A stretch of 64,000 nucleotides of DNA, from the NCBI GenBank assembly GCA_050296515.1, contig JBNKRJ010000077.1, positions 7,493 through 71,492 of the forward strand, read 5' to 3'. A program made the position numbers and the translations under genes. This DNA is from Bacteroidales bacterium (GTDB lineage: Bacteria; Bacteroidota; Bacteroidia; Bacteroidales; NBLH01). Shown here one piece after another: positions 30,111-40,130 of this stretch. A model generated the notes under the pieces. The model was not told the DNA's origin and searched no databases. It saw only the letters and a list, made by a program, of their open reading frames with translations. Position 1 is the stretch's first letter. Each line of letters starts with the position of its first letter.

Positions 30111-33100
30111 TTAAGTCAAAAAACTTGTAATTTTTTTCATTAATTCATCAATATCAATTGGTTTGTGGATGTAATCATCGCAGCCGGCATTAAATGCTTT
30201 TGACTCATCTCCCATCAGAGCGTAAGCAGTTTGGGCAATTATAGGTAAATTGGGTCTTATTCTTTTTATTTTTTCTGTAGCATCATAACCATTTAAAACC
30301 GGCATTTTTATATCCATTAAAACCAAATCAATAGTTTCGTTTACCATGCAATGCTCAACAGCTTCTTGCCCATTCACAGCCCAAATTAAATTAACTTTTG
30401 TGCCCTCAAATATTTCTTCAAAAAATTTATAATTAACCAGTTCATCTTCAGCGACAAGAATTACTTTACTACTCCAGTCTATTCTATCTCCATCAAACTT
30501 AATTTCAGGAATCTGGGAGACTTTTCCTTTTGAAAATTCAAGAGGCAAAGTAAATACAAAAGTAGAACCCTCATTAATTTCAGAATCTACCCAAATCTGC
30601 CCTCCCATCTTTTCAATGTAAGCTTTTGAGATAGACAACCCTAGACCTGTTCCTCCATATTTTCTGGCCGAAGTTAGTTCAACCTGCCTGAATCGCTCAA
30701 AAATTATAGCTGTAAACTCCTTATCAATGCCAATTCCCGTATCTGAAACAAAGAACTCGATAAAACCATCTCTTACCTCATAACCAAATTTAATCTCACC
30801 TTTATGAGTAAACTTAAATGCGTTATCCAGCAGATTAATCAATATTTGCCTAAGTTTTGTTTCATCAGTCTTTAAAAGTATATCAACACCTTTATTGTCT
30901 AGTTGAAAATCAATATTCTTATCAATTGCTTTTTGGTAATACAAATCAGCCAGGCTTCGGGAAAGTAAATCCAATCTGACTTCGTCCTCCTCTATATCAA
31001 TTTGTCCTGCTTCAATTTTAGAAATATCAACTAAATCATTGATTATAGAAAGCAATTGATGACTATTTTGTTTGATAATTTCAATGTATTTCTGCCTCTT
31101 CTCTTTTGCAAGATTGTCTTTTGCCAAAAGCCCTGAGAACCCCATTATTCCATTCATCGGAGTTCTTATTTCATGAGACATATTTGCTAAAAAGGCAGTT
31201 TTTAATTTATCACTCTCTTCAGCCTTTTGCTTTGCTTCAAGCAGCTCCAGATTTAAACTTGTAAGCTCCTCATTTAAAGCCTGATACTCTTCATTCTGCT
31301 CTTTTAACTGTTTATCGGTTTCGAATACAATTTTCTCTGCTTTTTTCTTATCAGTAACATCACCAAAAATAACCGCAAAATAATTCTGCTGCGGACTATA
31401 TGCTAATCCTGTATAATACTTATCGAACTCTTCAACATAATCTTCGAACCAATAAGGTTCACCCGTTTTTCCTACTTTTCCAAAATTCTCAATCCAATGC
31501 TTTTCAATATTTGGTCTAACCTCAAGAATTGTTTTATTTAAAATATCTTCTTTTTTTAAACCTGTAAGTCTTTCATAGGCAGGATTAAGTTCAACAAAAC
31601 GATAATCTACAGGAATATCCAAATCATTATAAATCACTTCATGTAAAGCAAATCCATCTAACATCTCAGTAAATAATGCCCGATATTCCTTCTCCCGCGT
31701 TTCTGCAAGTTCTTTTGCAACAATTAATTCCTCTCCAGCCTTTTTTAATTCACTAATGTCGCGTGTGATGGAAATCAGGTATTTTTCATGATCAAGAATA
31801 ACTATTCGTGCCGACATTAAGCCACTTATAATTTTACCACCTTTCAGTCTGAATTTCGCATCAAAATTAATGATGTAGCCTTTCTGAGTCAATTCTCCTA
31901 ACAACTTGAATTTATCACTTTTGTTCACCCAAAAATTCAAGTCCTCAGCAGTTCGCCCTAAAACTTCTTCTTCGGAATAGCCAGTGGAACACATAAACCC
32001 CTGGTTGATTTCCACATACCTCCCATCACTCATTCTATTTATACTGATTGAGTCAGGGCTGGTTTTGAAGGCGGCACGGAACTTTTCTTCGCTAAAAACA
32101 AGGGCTTCTTCAGCTACTTTTCTATCGCTAATATCATTTATAGCTGTTACTCTTACTTCCTTTCCTTTGTATTCGTACATTCGTCCATGAAACTCGGCCC
32201 AGAATTTTGTACCATCTTTCTTTTGAGCAATTGCTTCATAAGGCTCTTCGTAGCCCGTCATCATTTTCTGCCTTACAATCTCTTTTGATTCTTCAGCTAT
32301 TACATCTGTACCAAAAATACCAATTAGTTCTTCGTATTTGTAACCAAACATTTCACAGGCTGCTTTATTACATTCTATGCAAACTCCTTTGTCTGAAAAG
32401 AAAAGTGCCTCTTCAGTAGCTTCAGATAATGCCCTGTTTTTTAACTCGCTTTCTTTTAAGGCTTCCTCAACTCTTTTTTGCTCTGTAATATCTACCATGG
32501 TGATAATATTCTGCTCACCTAATGATACAAAGGAAAAATCAACAATTTTTCTCTCCCCGCTTTTACATGTTGGTTCCCATATTTGCTTTTCTATTTCTGT
32601 TCCTGTTTTTATGGCCACTTCAACAGCTTTGTTCCATCGTTTCTGGACTTTTTTTCTGTATTCGATATCAGGATAAGCTGTCTTCCACCAGGTTTCAGCT
32701 GTTGAAATATCATGGATGGTATAACCATAGCACTTTGTAAATGCTTTGTTCATCATTAAAAAGTCCTGATTGTTATTTGTAACAACCATAGGAATTGCAT
32801 TTAGCTCAATAATTTTTCTAAATTCGGCTTCGCTTTTTCTTAATGCATCTTCAGCTTTTCTTTGTTCGGTAATATCAACGTGTGTACCAACAAACCGAAC
32901 AGCTTTATGTCCATCTTTACTCATCACCTTGAAGCCACGTGAAAGAACATTTACCCAATGCCCTTTTTTATGTTTTAAACGAACCTCAATCTCATATTTC
33001 GCCTTTTGCCCTAGTAAATAACCTTTTTTTGCCTTTTCTGAAGCCTTATAATCTTTTGGATGAACCAATCTCTTCCAGGTTCCTGAATTATTTTCCAGTT

Positions 33101-34190
33101 CGTGTTCTTCGTATCCCAACATGGTTTTCCATCTCTTAGAAAGAAAAACCTCTCCTGTTTCAAGGTTATTATCCCAGAGTCCATCATTTGCTCCTTTCAT
33201 TGCAAGTTGATATCGTTCTTCACTTGCCTTTAACTCTGCTTCGAATCTTTTTCGTTCAGTAATATCTCTGCCAACTGCAACAACGCCGTCTACTTCTCCA
33301 TCATCTCCGACAATTGATTTATTCGACCAATAATACCATCTCCAACCATGAATAGTTTTCATTCTCTCCTCATGGCTGCATTCAAATGGTGGTTTTTTTA
33401 AATCTTTATGTGATTTTTTAACCTGCTCAATATCATCTTCATGAATGTATGGAAAAAAAGATTTTCCAATCAAATCCTCACTGTCAGAGCCTAACTCCTT
33501 CGCATACTGCGGAGAAATGTATGTAAGTTTAAAATCTTTATCAAACTTAACAATTAGGGCATTCTGATTTTCGACTATCAGCTTATAGTCTTCTTCAATA
33601 TCCTTTAAATCTTTGCTAATTTTGTTTATTTCAGTATGCTTTCGCTCAAGTCCGGCCTTTAATTCCTCATTTGCTGCATTTAGTTCACATTCAATTTCTT
33701 TTCGATCTTCAATCTCTGATTTTAATAGCTTTTCTTGTTTTAAATAACGAAGATCTTTTTCAATGGTTAATTTTAGTTCTTGTAAAATGCTAGTTTCAAG
33801 CTCAGAGAATTTTCGTTCTGTACTGTCAATACAACACAGGCATCCAAAAAAAACATTATTGGGAGTTGAAAGCGGAATTCCGAAAAAAGAAAGAACTTTT
33901 GTTTCAATTAAAGTGCTAAGCTTCTTAATTAATTCATCTTCTTTCCCTACTGCCACTACCGGAGCAGAGGATCCAGCAACCTTATCAAACAAAAGATTGT
34001 TTGTTTCGAAATTATTTAGGCTGTTTGATCTAAATGATTCTGTTTTAGTAATAAACTGCCATGATTCTTTTGTCCTTCTTACAATAAAAATATCCCGAGA
34101 ATTAATTAATTTGGCAATAAGATTCAACGAACTCTCCCAAGCTACAATGTATTCCCCAGGAATCTCTAGTTTGGACAATTGTAAAGGCAT
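30111..34190 (-). CDS. Cytoplasmic hybrid histidine kinase: GAF, six PAS, HisKA, HATPase, REC
   Basis: FLANMSHEIRTPMNG, GTGLGL, LVLMDIKMP; repeated PAS ends (DITE/DISD); no TM. Confidence 0.93.
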   Translation of the reverse strand: MPLQLSKLEIPGEYIVAWESSLNLIAKLINSRDIFIVRRTKESWQFITKTESFRSNSLNNFETNNLLFDKVAGSSAPVVAVGKEDELIKKLSTLIETKVLSFFGIPLSTPNNVFFGCLCCIDSTERKFSELETSILQELKLTIEKDLRYLKQEKLLKSEIEDRKEIECELNAANEELKAGLERKHTEINKISKDLKDIEEDYKLIVENQNALIVKFDKDFKLTYISPQYAKELGSDSEDLIGKSFFPYIHEDDIEQVKKSHKDLKKPPFECSHEERMKTIHGWRWYYWSNKSIVGDDGEVDGVVAVGRDITERKRFEAELKASEERYQLAMKGANDGLWDNNLETGEVFLSKRWKTMLGYEEHELENNSGTWKRLVHPKDYKASEKAKKGYLLGQKAKYEIEVRLKHKKGHWVNVLSRGFKVMSKDGHKAVRFVGTHVDITEQRKAEDALRKSEAEFRKIIELNAIPMVVTNNNQDFLMMNKAFTKCYGYTIHDISTAETWWKTAYPDIEYRKKVQKRWNKAVEVAIKTGTEIEKQIWEPTCKSGERKIVDFSFVSLGEQNIITMVDITEQKRVEEALKESELKNRALSEATEEALFFSDKGVCIECNKAACEMFGYKYEELIGIFGTDVIAEESKEIVRQKMMTGYEEPYEAIAQKKDGTKFWAEFHGRMYEYKGKEVRVTAINDISDRKVAEEALVFSEEKFRAAFKTSPDSISINRMSDGRYVEINQGFMCSTGYSEEEVLGRTAEDLNFWVNKSDKFKLLGELTQKGYIINFDAKFRLKGGKIISGLMSARIVILDHEKYLISITRDISELKKAGEELIVAKELAETREKEYRALFTEMLDGFALHEVIYNDLDIPVDYRFVELNPAYERLTGLKKEDILNKTILEVRPNIEKHWIENFGKVGKTGEPYWFEDYVEEFDKYYTGLAYSPQQNYFAVIFGDVTDKKKAEKIVFETDKQLKEQNEEYQALNEELTSLNLELLEAKQKAEESDKLKTAFLANMSHEIRTPMNGIMGFSGLLAKDNLAKEKRQKYIEIIKQNSHQLLSIINDLVDISKIEAGQIDIEEDEVRLDLLSRSLADLYYQKAIDKNIDFQLDNKGVDILLKTDETKLRQILINLLDNAFKFTHKGEIKFGYEVRDGFIEFFVSDTGIGIDKEFTAIIFERFRQVELTSARKYGGTGLGLSISKAYIEKMGGQIWVDSEINEGSTFVFTLPLEFSKGKVSQIPEIKFDGDRIDWSSKVILVAEDELVNYKFFEEIFEGTKVNLIWAVNGQEAVEHCMVNETIDLVLMDIKMPVLNGYDATEKIKRIRPNLPIIAQTAYALMGDESKAFNAGCDDYIHKPIDIDELMKKITSFLT

Positions 34191-34333
34191 CGATCAATAG
34201 GTTTTATTCCATTCAAAAATAGAAAATTCTTACAAACTTTCTAAATGATATTCAAGCAATTATATAAAAGTTTTAACAAACGGGTTTAAATGAATACATC
34301 AATATTTTTAAGAATAAGAAATTATTTAGAATC

Positions 34334-34783
34334 TCACTTATCAAGCAAAGATTGGACAATTTCGGCAGAATCAGCAACAAAACCAGGACACTTTGCCTTA
34401 AAAATACCGCTTTCTCTAAGATAGTTTAGCCCTTCATCAGTTGATGTATCTGCACCTAGTAATTCCTTGCAAAATGTGGTACCATGCTTAGCTGTGAATC
34501 GATTATGATATTCTGCAATTAATTTTCTTACTTCTTCTCTACTTTTCTCATCATTGGGCTCGGAATATCCATTATTAAGGCCTAACGCCATTTGGGCACC
34601 TACAACCGCTCCGCACGTTTCACCTCGATAACACAGTCCTGCTGCAAATCCACTCGAAATTTTAAAACTGGTTTGTTCATCAATTCCTTTTTCCATTGCA
34701 AATGGAACAAAAACTGCCTGACAGCAATTGTATCCTTCATCAAAAATAGCTTTGGCTTCCCAAATTTTGTTGTTTTCAGTCAT
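34334..34783 (-). CDS. C-GCAxxG-C-C family redox-active protein
   Basis: GYNCCQAV, GETCGAVVG, TFCKELLG, KCPGFV. Confidence 0.88.
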   Translation of the reverse strand: MTENNKIWEAKAIFDEGYNCCQAVFVPFAMEKGIDEQTSFKISSGFAAGLCYRGETCGAVVGAQMALGLNNGYSEPNDEKSREEVRKLIAEYHNRFTAKHGTTFCKELLGADTSTDEGLNYLRESGIFKAKCPGFVADSAEIVQSLLDK

Positions 34784-34801
34784 ATAGTTGTTTTTAGATA
34801 T

Positions 34802-35491
34802 TTACTCTTCGGAAAGGACGTAACCAACAGTTGGTATTCCTTCAATTTTTATTGAATTATCATCCTTTAAATATTTTCGTAGTTTAGTGATAAAAACATC
34901 AAGACTGCGGCCTGTAAAATAATCATTTTTATTCCAAACTGAGAGTAAAATGTCATCACGTTTGGTTATTCTGTTTTTTGAAAGGCAAAGAAGCTTCAAT
35001 ACTTCGTTTTCTTTTTTTGTGAGTCTTTTCGGTTGATTACCAATAATCAGCATTTGATTTGAATAATCGAAGTTATATTTTCCTATTTCAAAATTGGTAA
35101 TTTCATTCTTTTTATCATTTAACGAAACCCTGTTTTGAATGGCATTAATTCTACAAAGTAATTCTTCTTCATCGAAAGGTTTTGTAATATAATCATCAAC
35201 CCCAAGGTTAAAGCCATGAATTTTATCCTCTTTCATTGATTTTGCAGTTAGCAAAATAATCGGAACCTCCTTGCTCTTTTCACGAACTTTTTTTGTTAGC
35301 GAATAACCATCAAGTTTGGGTAACATAATATCAAAAATGCAAAAATCGTAATCATCACTATTCCACGCTATTAACCCAGCCTCACCATCTTTGCAAAGTT
35401 TTACCTTAAATTTTTTTTCTTCAAGATATTCAGCAAGCAAAAAGCCCATGCTAATATCATCTTCAACCAGTAATATTCTTGTTTTCTGCAT
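34802..35491 (-). CDS. OmpR-family response regulator (RprY-like)
   Basis: LLVEDD, DIMLP, DDYITKPF, GRSLDVFITKLRKYL. Confidence 0.92.
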   Translation of the reverse strand: MQKTRILLVEDDISMGFLLAEYLEEKKFKVKLCKDGEAGLIAWNSDDYDFCIFDIMLPKLDGYSLTKKVREKSKEVPIILLTAKSMKEDKIHGFNLGVDDYITKPFDEEELLCRINAIQNRVSLNDKKNEITNFEIGKYNFDYSNQMLIIGNQPKRLTKKENEVLKLLCLSKNRITKRDDILLSVWNKNDYFTGRSLDVFITKLRKYLKDDNSIKIEGIPTVGYVLSEE

Positions 35492-36771
35492 TAAGCATTT
35501 TGTTTTGTTAACAAACCACCTCCTTTTAACGGCAAAATAATAGTAAAGGTACTTCCCTTTCCCTGTTTACTACTTAATTTTACTGTTCCATTATGCAACT
35601 CAACAACCTCTTTTACATAACTAAGACCAATACCATAACCTTTTATATTGTGTACATCTCCGGTCGGAACCCTGTAATATTTGTCAAAAACAAGTTTTTG
35701 CTCTTTAGCATCAATGCCAATTCCATTGTCCGAAATTTCCGTTATAAGTTGCTCTCCTTTATTGTAACATTTTATGTCAATTTTAAGATTGCCATTTGAA
35801 TACTTACATGCATTTTCAATAATATTAGAAAAGGAATTGTGTAAATGCTTTTGACTACCTCGAATTAGAGCTTCAGAGGCCATACAATCAAGATGTATCG
35901 TACCCTCTTTTTCCTCGACCATTGTGCAATTACACTTCACCACATCATCAAGAATATCACGTACATTTACCTGTTCAAATTTCAACACGGCTCCATTATG
36001 TTCCAGGCAAGCAAGTTCAAGCATTTCAGAAAGATGTCCCTGAAGCTTTGTTTTTTCATTTTCTATAATCTCAGTATACTTAATCAATTTCTCAGGAAGG
36101 ACAATTTCTTCACTATTCCTTATTCTTGAATTTGCAAATCCAATGCTGGCAAGAGGCGTTTTAAACTCGTGTGCCATATTGTTAATGAAATTCCTGGTTT
36201 GAACAGCCAATTTTAGCTCTTGACTGTACATTCTGTAAGTAACTATAAAAGAAGCCATTAATAAAAGAATAAGCAAAACAGAAGAAATAAACATGGTGCT
36301 TATCCGCTCAATAATGAATTTGTTTTTTTCCGGAAAGCGAACCCTTAGCTCAATACTGCCCTGCTGGAGAGCTATATCCAGACTTTCGGAATAAACCTCC
36401 TGATTTTGGTAATTACTTACAGCATATTTGGAATTTGCATAGTCTATCTCAAAATCATATGCCAAATCAATATCATAATTATCAAGATTACTTTTGATTA
36501 TTGAATCAACTTTATTCCACTCTAATCGTTTCAACCGCTTAACAAAATAGGAAGAAGTATCTTTCAAACAAATCTCCACATTATTACACATTTGTCTGTC
36601 TTGAGAGATTTGAGATGCAGCTATATCCAATGATAGTTTTACACTCTGGGTAAAATGTCTTTTTTCGGTCTCGGCTGTACTTAATAATCTGTTTATTTGT
36701 ATGTATAAAAGCAATATCAAAAAAACAAATGTAGATGCTAATAATACTTTCTGTAATTTCCTGCTTTTCAA
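35491..36771 (-). CDS. Sensor histidine kinase (RprX-like)
   Basis: Two TM helices, NNMAHEFKTP, VHNIKGYGIGL. A promoter TATCTTTG at 36813-36806 lies inside the track ORF, so a TTG start near 36771 is likely. Confidence 0.9.
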   Translation of the reverse strand: MKSRKLQKVLLASTFVFLILLLYIQINRLLSTAETEKRHFTQSVKLSLDIAASQISQDRQMCNNVEICLKDTSSYFVKRLKRLEWNKVDSIIKSNLDNYDIDLAYDFEIDYANSKYAVSNYQNQEVYSESLDIALQQGSIELRVRFPEKNKFIIERISTMFISSVLLILLLMASFIVTYRMYSQELKLAVQTRNFINNMAHEFKTPLASIGFANSRIRNSEEIVLPEKLIKYTEIIENEKTKLQGHLSEMLELACLEHNGAVLKFEQVNVRDILDDVVKCNCTMVEEKEGTIHLDCMASEALIRGSQKHLHNSFSNIIENACKYSNGNLKIDIKCYNKGEQLITEISDNGIGIDAKEQKLVFDKYYRVPTGDVHNIKGYGIGLSYVKEVVELHNGTVKLSSKQGKGSTFTIILPLKGGGLLTKQNA

Positions 36772-36840
36772 CTTAGCTGTACTTTTAATATTCAATTGCC
36801 TGCCACAAAGATATCCAAAAAAAAGCACGAAATTCTTTTT

Positions 36841-36877
36841 TTAACATCGCCTTAACACGAATTAACTGGCTGATAAC
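36841..36877. promoter_or_regulatory. Four helically phased (T/A)TAAC repeats between divergent promoters
   Basis: TTAAC at 36841, 36852 and 36862 and ATAAC at 36873. -7 boxes at 36813-36806 (-) and 36900-36907 (+). Confidence 0.6.
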
Positions 36878-36943
36878 CTGCTAAATTGAAAAAAACAAAT
36901 ATTTTTGGGCTGTTAATATTAATATTCACTTAAAAATAAAGAA

Positions 36944-37192
36944 ATGAAGAAATTATTGCTAGTACTTTTTGTTGCAAGTTTTGTTGGATTGGCATTTGCT
37001 TTTAGCCCTGCCAGAATAGTAAGTTCACCAGGATTGAATGGAACAGTTTTAATGGATGACACTACAAAAACAACAACAAAGAAAGCCACAGCTAAAAAAG
37101 ATGCTACTAAAAAAATGGATTGTAGTAGTAAATCTTGCTGCAAATCACACTGTTCAGAAAAAAAGACAACTAAGAAAAAGGAAGACAACTAA
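36944..37192 (+). CDS. Small secreted Lys/Thr-rich protein with a Cys cluster
   Basis: Signal peptide MKKLLLVLFVASFVGLAFA; CSSKSCCKSHC; own promoter and terminator. Confidence 0.75.
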   Translation: MKKLLLVLFVASFVGLAFAFSPARIVSSPGLNGTVLMDDTTKTTTKKATAKKDATKKMDCSSKSCCKSHCSEKKTTKKKEDN

Positions 37193-37201
37193 AAACAACA
37201 T

Positions 37202-37239
37202 ATAAAAAATCCGCTTTCAAATAAAAGCGGATTTTTTAT
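37202..37239. terminator. Bidirectional rho-independent terminator
   Basis: ATAAAAAATCCGCTTT...AAAGCGGATTTTTTAT. Confidence 0.85.
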
Positions 37240-37259
37240 GTTGCATTGAAGTTTTACTT

Positions 37260-38264
37260 TTACCAAGAAACTCCTACTTTGCCAATTGTAGATCTGGCCT
37301 CTAAAGCAGTATGAGCTTCATTAAGCTGATCAATTGAATACATACCTCCAACATGAGGTTCTATTTTGCCTTCCTCTGCAAGTTTTACTACATTTTGCAT
37401 GCAATATTGAAGGACTTCAGGCTTATGTTTACCAATTTTGAGCATATTTACTCCAGCCAAAGTTCTTGAGTTCATAATAAAAACAACCGGGTGGTAAAAT
37501 CCGAATGAGAGCCCGAATTTTACTTTTTGGAAGAAGTTATTAGCTTCGAGCTGTGAGGCTGCACCAAAAGAAACCATCCGCCCACCAAAATCAAGCAGTT
37601 TAAGTCCTTTTTTAAATGTTTTTCCACCTATTGAGTCAAAAACAACATCTAGTTTTTCTTCTATCTCTGTGGCAAAATCTTTTTCCCGGTAATTGATAGG
37701 ATAATCAACTCCTTGGTTTTTAAGGTATTCAATCTTTTCGGCAGAACCTGCTGTTCCATAAATCTTACAACCTTTAAGTTTACACAATTGAACCAGCGCA
37801 GTTCCAACTCCGCCAGCTGCTGCCTGAACCAAAACCTTATCTCCTTCAAATATATTGGTTGCAACATGCGAAGCATAATAAGCAGTACAATATTGAACAG
37901 CCAACGCAAGAGCCTTTCCAGTATCATAATCATCAGAAATTTTTACAACAGCTCTGGCATCAGTATTAACATGGGTTGCATAACCACCAAAAATTGTAAA
38001 AGCCGCAACTCTATCGCCTTCCTTTACATGTTCAACACCTTCAGTTATTTTCATCACTTTTCCTACAACTTCGTAACCAATAACTGTGGGAAGCGGCGGA
38101 CATTCCCGATACATTCCCAAACGGGCAACCACATCTGCAAAATTTAACCCAAATGCCTCAACCTCAATACTTACCTCACCTTTTTGAGGCTCAGCTAATT
38201 TAATTACTCGTTTTTCAAATGCTACTTCAGGTTTTCCGTTTTTTACAATATATATTGCTTCCAT
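37260..38264 (-). CDS. MDR-family quinone oxidoreductase (VAT-1-like)
   Basis: GLNFAD, GYEVVG, QAAAGGVG. Confidence 0.88.
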   Translation of the reverse strand: MEAIYIVKNGKPEVAFEKRVIKLAEPQKGEVSIEVEAFGLNFADVVARLGMYRECPPLPTVIGYEVVGKVMKITEGVEHVKEGDRVAAFTIFGGYATHVNTDARAVVKISDDYDTGKALALAVQYCTAYYASHVATNIFEGDKVLVQAAAGGVGTALVQLCKLKGCKIYGTAGSAEKIEYLKNQGVDYPINYREKDFATEIEEKLDVVFDSIGGKTFKKGLKLLDFGGRMVSFGAASQLEANNFFQKVKFGLSFGFYHPVVFIMNSRTLAGVNMLKIGKHKPEVLQYCMQNVVKLAEEGKIEPHVGGMYSIDQLNEAHTALEARSTIGKVGVSW

Positions 38265-38462
38265 TTAAATAAGATTTTCTGACTAGAAATATTGTTTTAG
38301 TGCCGCAAATATAGGTAACCATTTTTCAATTTCCCCTTTCTTCATGAATTAAATCATGAATATTTGGGATTAGTTTCACTCGTTTCACAAATTAAAAAAT
38401 ATGCTATTAATTGAAATTTAACCATCTTTTTTATAATATTAACTGGATTAAAAAAATGACTC

Positions 38463-38933
38463 ATGCGACGAACAGATAAGCAAATTGAAAATAGGGAAAT
38501 AATTGACAAAGTAATTAAAGAATCACTTGTATGTAGAGTAGCTTTATCTAAAAACAATATACCTTATCTTGTTCCTGTATCGTTTGGCTATGATGGAAAA
38601 TGCTTGTATGTACATACTGCCAAAGAGGGTAAAAAAATAGAATACCTGGAATCAAATGACAAAATCTGTTTTGAGTTTGACACAAATGTAAAAACTATTG
38701 AACATGAATCAGTTGCATGCAAATGGACCACATCCTACCAAAGTGTTATTGGTTTTGGAAAAATGACTGAAATTACTGACTTTGAAGAAGCTGCCTATGC
38801 TTTAAATCAAATTATGCTACATTATTCTGGTAAAGAGTGGGAAATGACTGAAAAAATGCTGGCAACCGTAAAAATGTGGAAAATTGAGATTGATGAGATG
38901 ACAGGCAAAGAATCAGCCATGAAATTGTCCTAA
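38463..38933 (+). CDS. Pyridoxamine 5'-phosphate oxidase-like / NimA-family flavin-binding protein
   Basis: MRRTDK, PYLVPVSFGY, HTAKEGKK, YQSVIGFG. Confidence 0.88.
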   Translation: MRRTDKQIENREIIDKVIKESLVCRVALSKNNIPYLVPVSFGYDGKCLYVHTAKEGKKIEYLESNDKICFEFDTNVKTIEHESVACKWTTSYQSVIGFGKMTEITDFEEAAYALNQIMLHYSGKEWEMTEKMLATVKMWKIEIDEMTGKESAMKLS

Positions 38934-39006
38934 GCCAGCATTGTGAAGTTTTAACAAAAAAACCGGCCCCAAAAAGAACCGGTCGTGGAAAAAGAATAGC
39001 TTTGAA

Positions 39007-39906
39007 CTATTTGGATTTAATAGTTCTGCTTGAACGTATTTGATTAGTACTTGTATTTCTTTTTATATTCACTTTGGTAGCGTTGGTTGACTTATTTCTA
39101 CCCCAATCAATTGACCTATTATTAAAAGAAGACGTTCGATTTGCTGATTTATTGGAATTCCCAACATTTGTTGTACGCCATGTATTATTCCCATGTGAGT
39201 TCACTATTTTAAGGTTATCAATGTTTGTTTTTCTGTCAATTCGTCGATTGTCTAAATTATTTGTCCTAGATATTGTAGAACGACTATTATTGTATTTAAC
39301 AATTTTTGCATCTCTTTTATTGCTCTGTAGCTTTTCTCTGTCAACAACTCTTATCATATCACATTTTGTTACACTTCGATTTCTTATGTTTTTGTCGTCT
39401 TTTACTGTTGGTTCTACTCTGGCTAAATAATTTTTATTTTCCCAGGACTCATTTTTGATACATCGTCTGATATTTCTTCTTGAAAGGTTATTTACATAAA
39501 CACTTCGTCCAGGAAATGATACTACAAATCTTGTTGGATACATTCTGCCTCTATAACTATTACTGCAAATGTATTGAGCCATTCCAAAATCATCTTCTGC
39601 TAAATAATAAAATTCATAAAGCCCAGGATCATCAAACTGATACCAATATTTTTTCACATACCAATAATAATAATCTGCCCAGGTTTCTATTGGATAGTAT
39701 TCACCATTATATTCGTAAAAATTGATCCCATCATTCACATTTGACAAAGAATCACTATATAATCCATAACCAGTAACCAAAGGACTAGGAGAAGTCATGA
39801 AGGCAACTTTATTACTCCAATTATAATATGGGATATTATGTATAATCTGTGAATTTGCATTTATCGCAAACACAATCAAAATAATTAATGCACTAAGTTT
39901 TTTCAT
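39007..39906 (-). CDS. Secreted hypothetical protein: Tyr-rich N-domain, low-complexity Arg/Asn/Ser tail
   Basis: Signal peptide MKKLSALIILIVFAINANS; composition. Confidence 0.65.
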   Translation of the reverse strand: MKKLSALIILIVFAINANSQIIHNIPYYNWSNKVAFMTSPSPLVTGYGLYSDSLSNVNDGINFYEYNGEYYPIETWADYYYWYVKKYWYQFDDPGLYEFYYLAEDDFGMAQYICSNSYRGRMYPTRFVVSFPGRSVYVNNLSRRNIRRCIKNESWENKNYLARVEPTVKDDKNIRNRSVTKCDMIRVVDREKLQSNKRDAKIVKYNNSRSTISRTNNLDNRRIDRKTNIDNLKIVNSHGNNTWRTTNVGNSNKSANRTSSFNNRSIDWGRNKSTNATKVNIKRNTSTNQIRSSRTIKSK

Positions 39907-40130
39907 AATTAACAATTTAAAGTTAGAACTAATTCAAAGTTAAGCCATTAACAAGTAACATTCAGTTAATATGACCTATCATATCTATTACTATATTTAT
40001 TCACATCTAAATGCTAATAAAATCGGCCATTCCAAAACACTTAACATTCTTTTGTTGAAATTATAGTAAGTATTATAGTAAGCCAATTGAAACCATATTT
40101 TCGTGAATTCTTTCTATTTTTACAAAAAAA

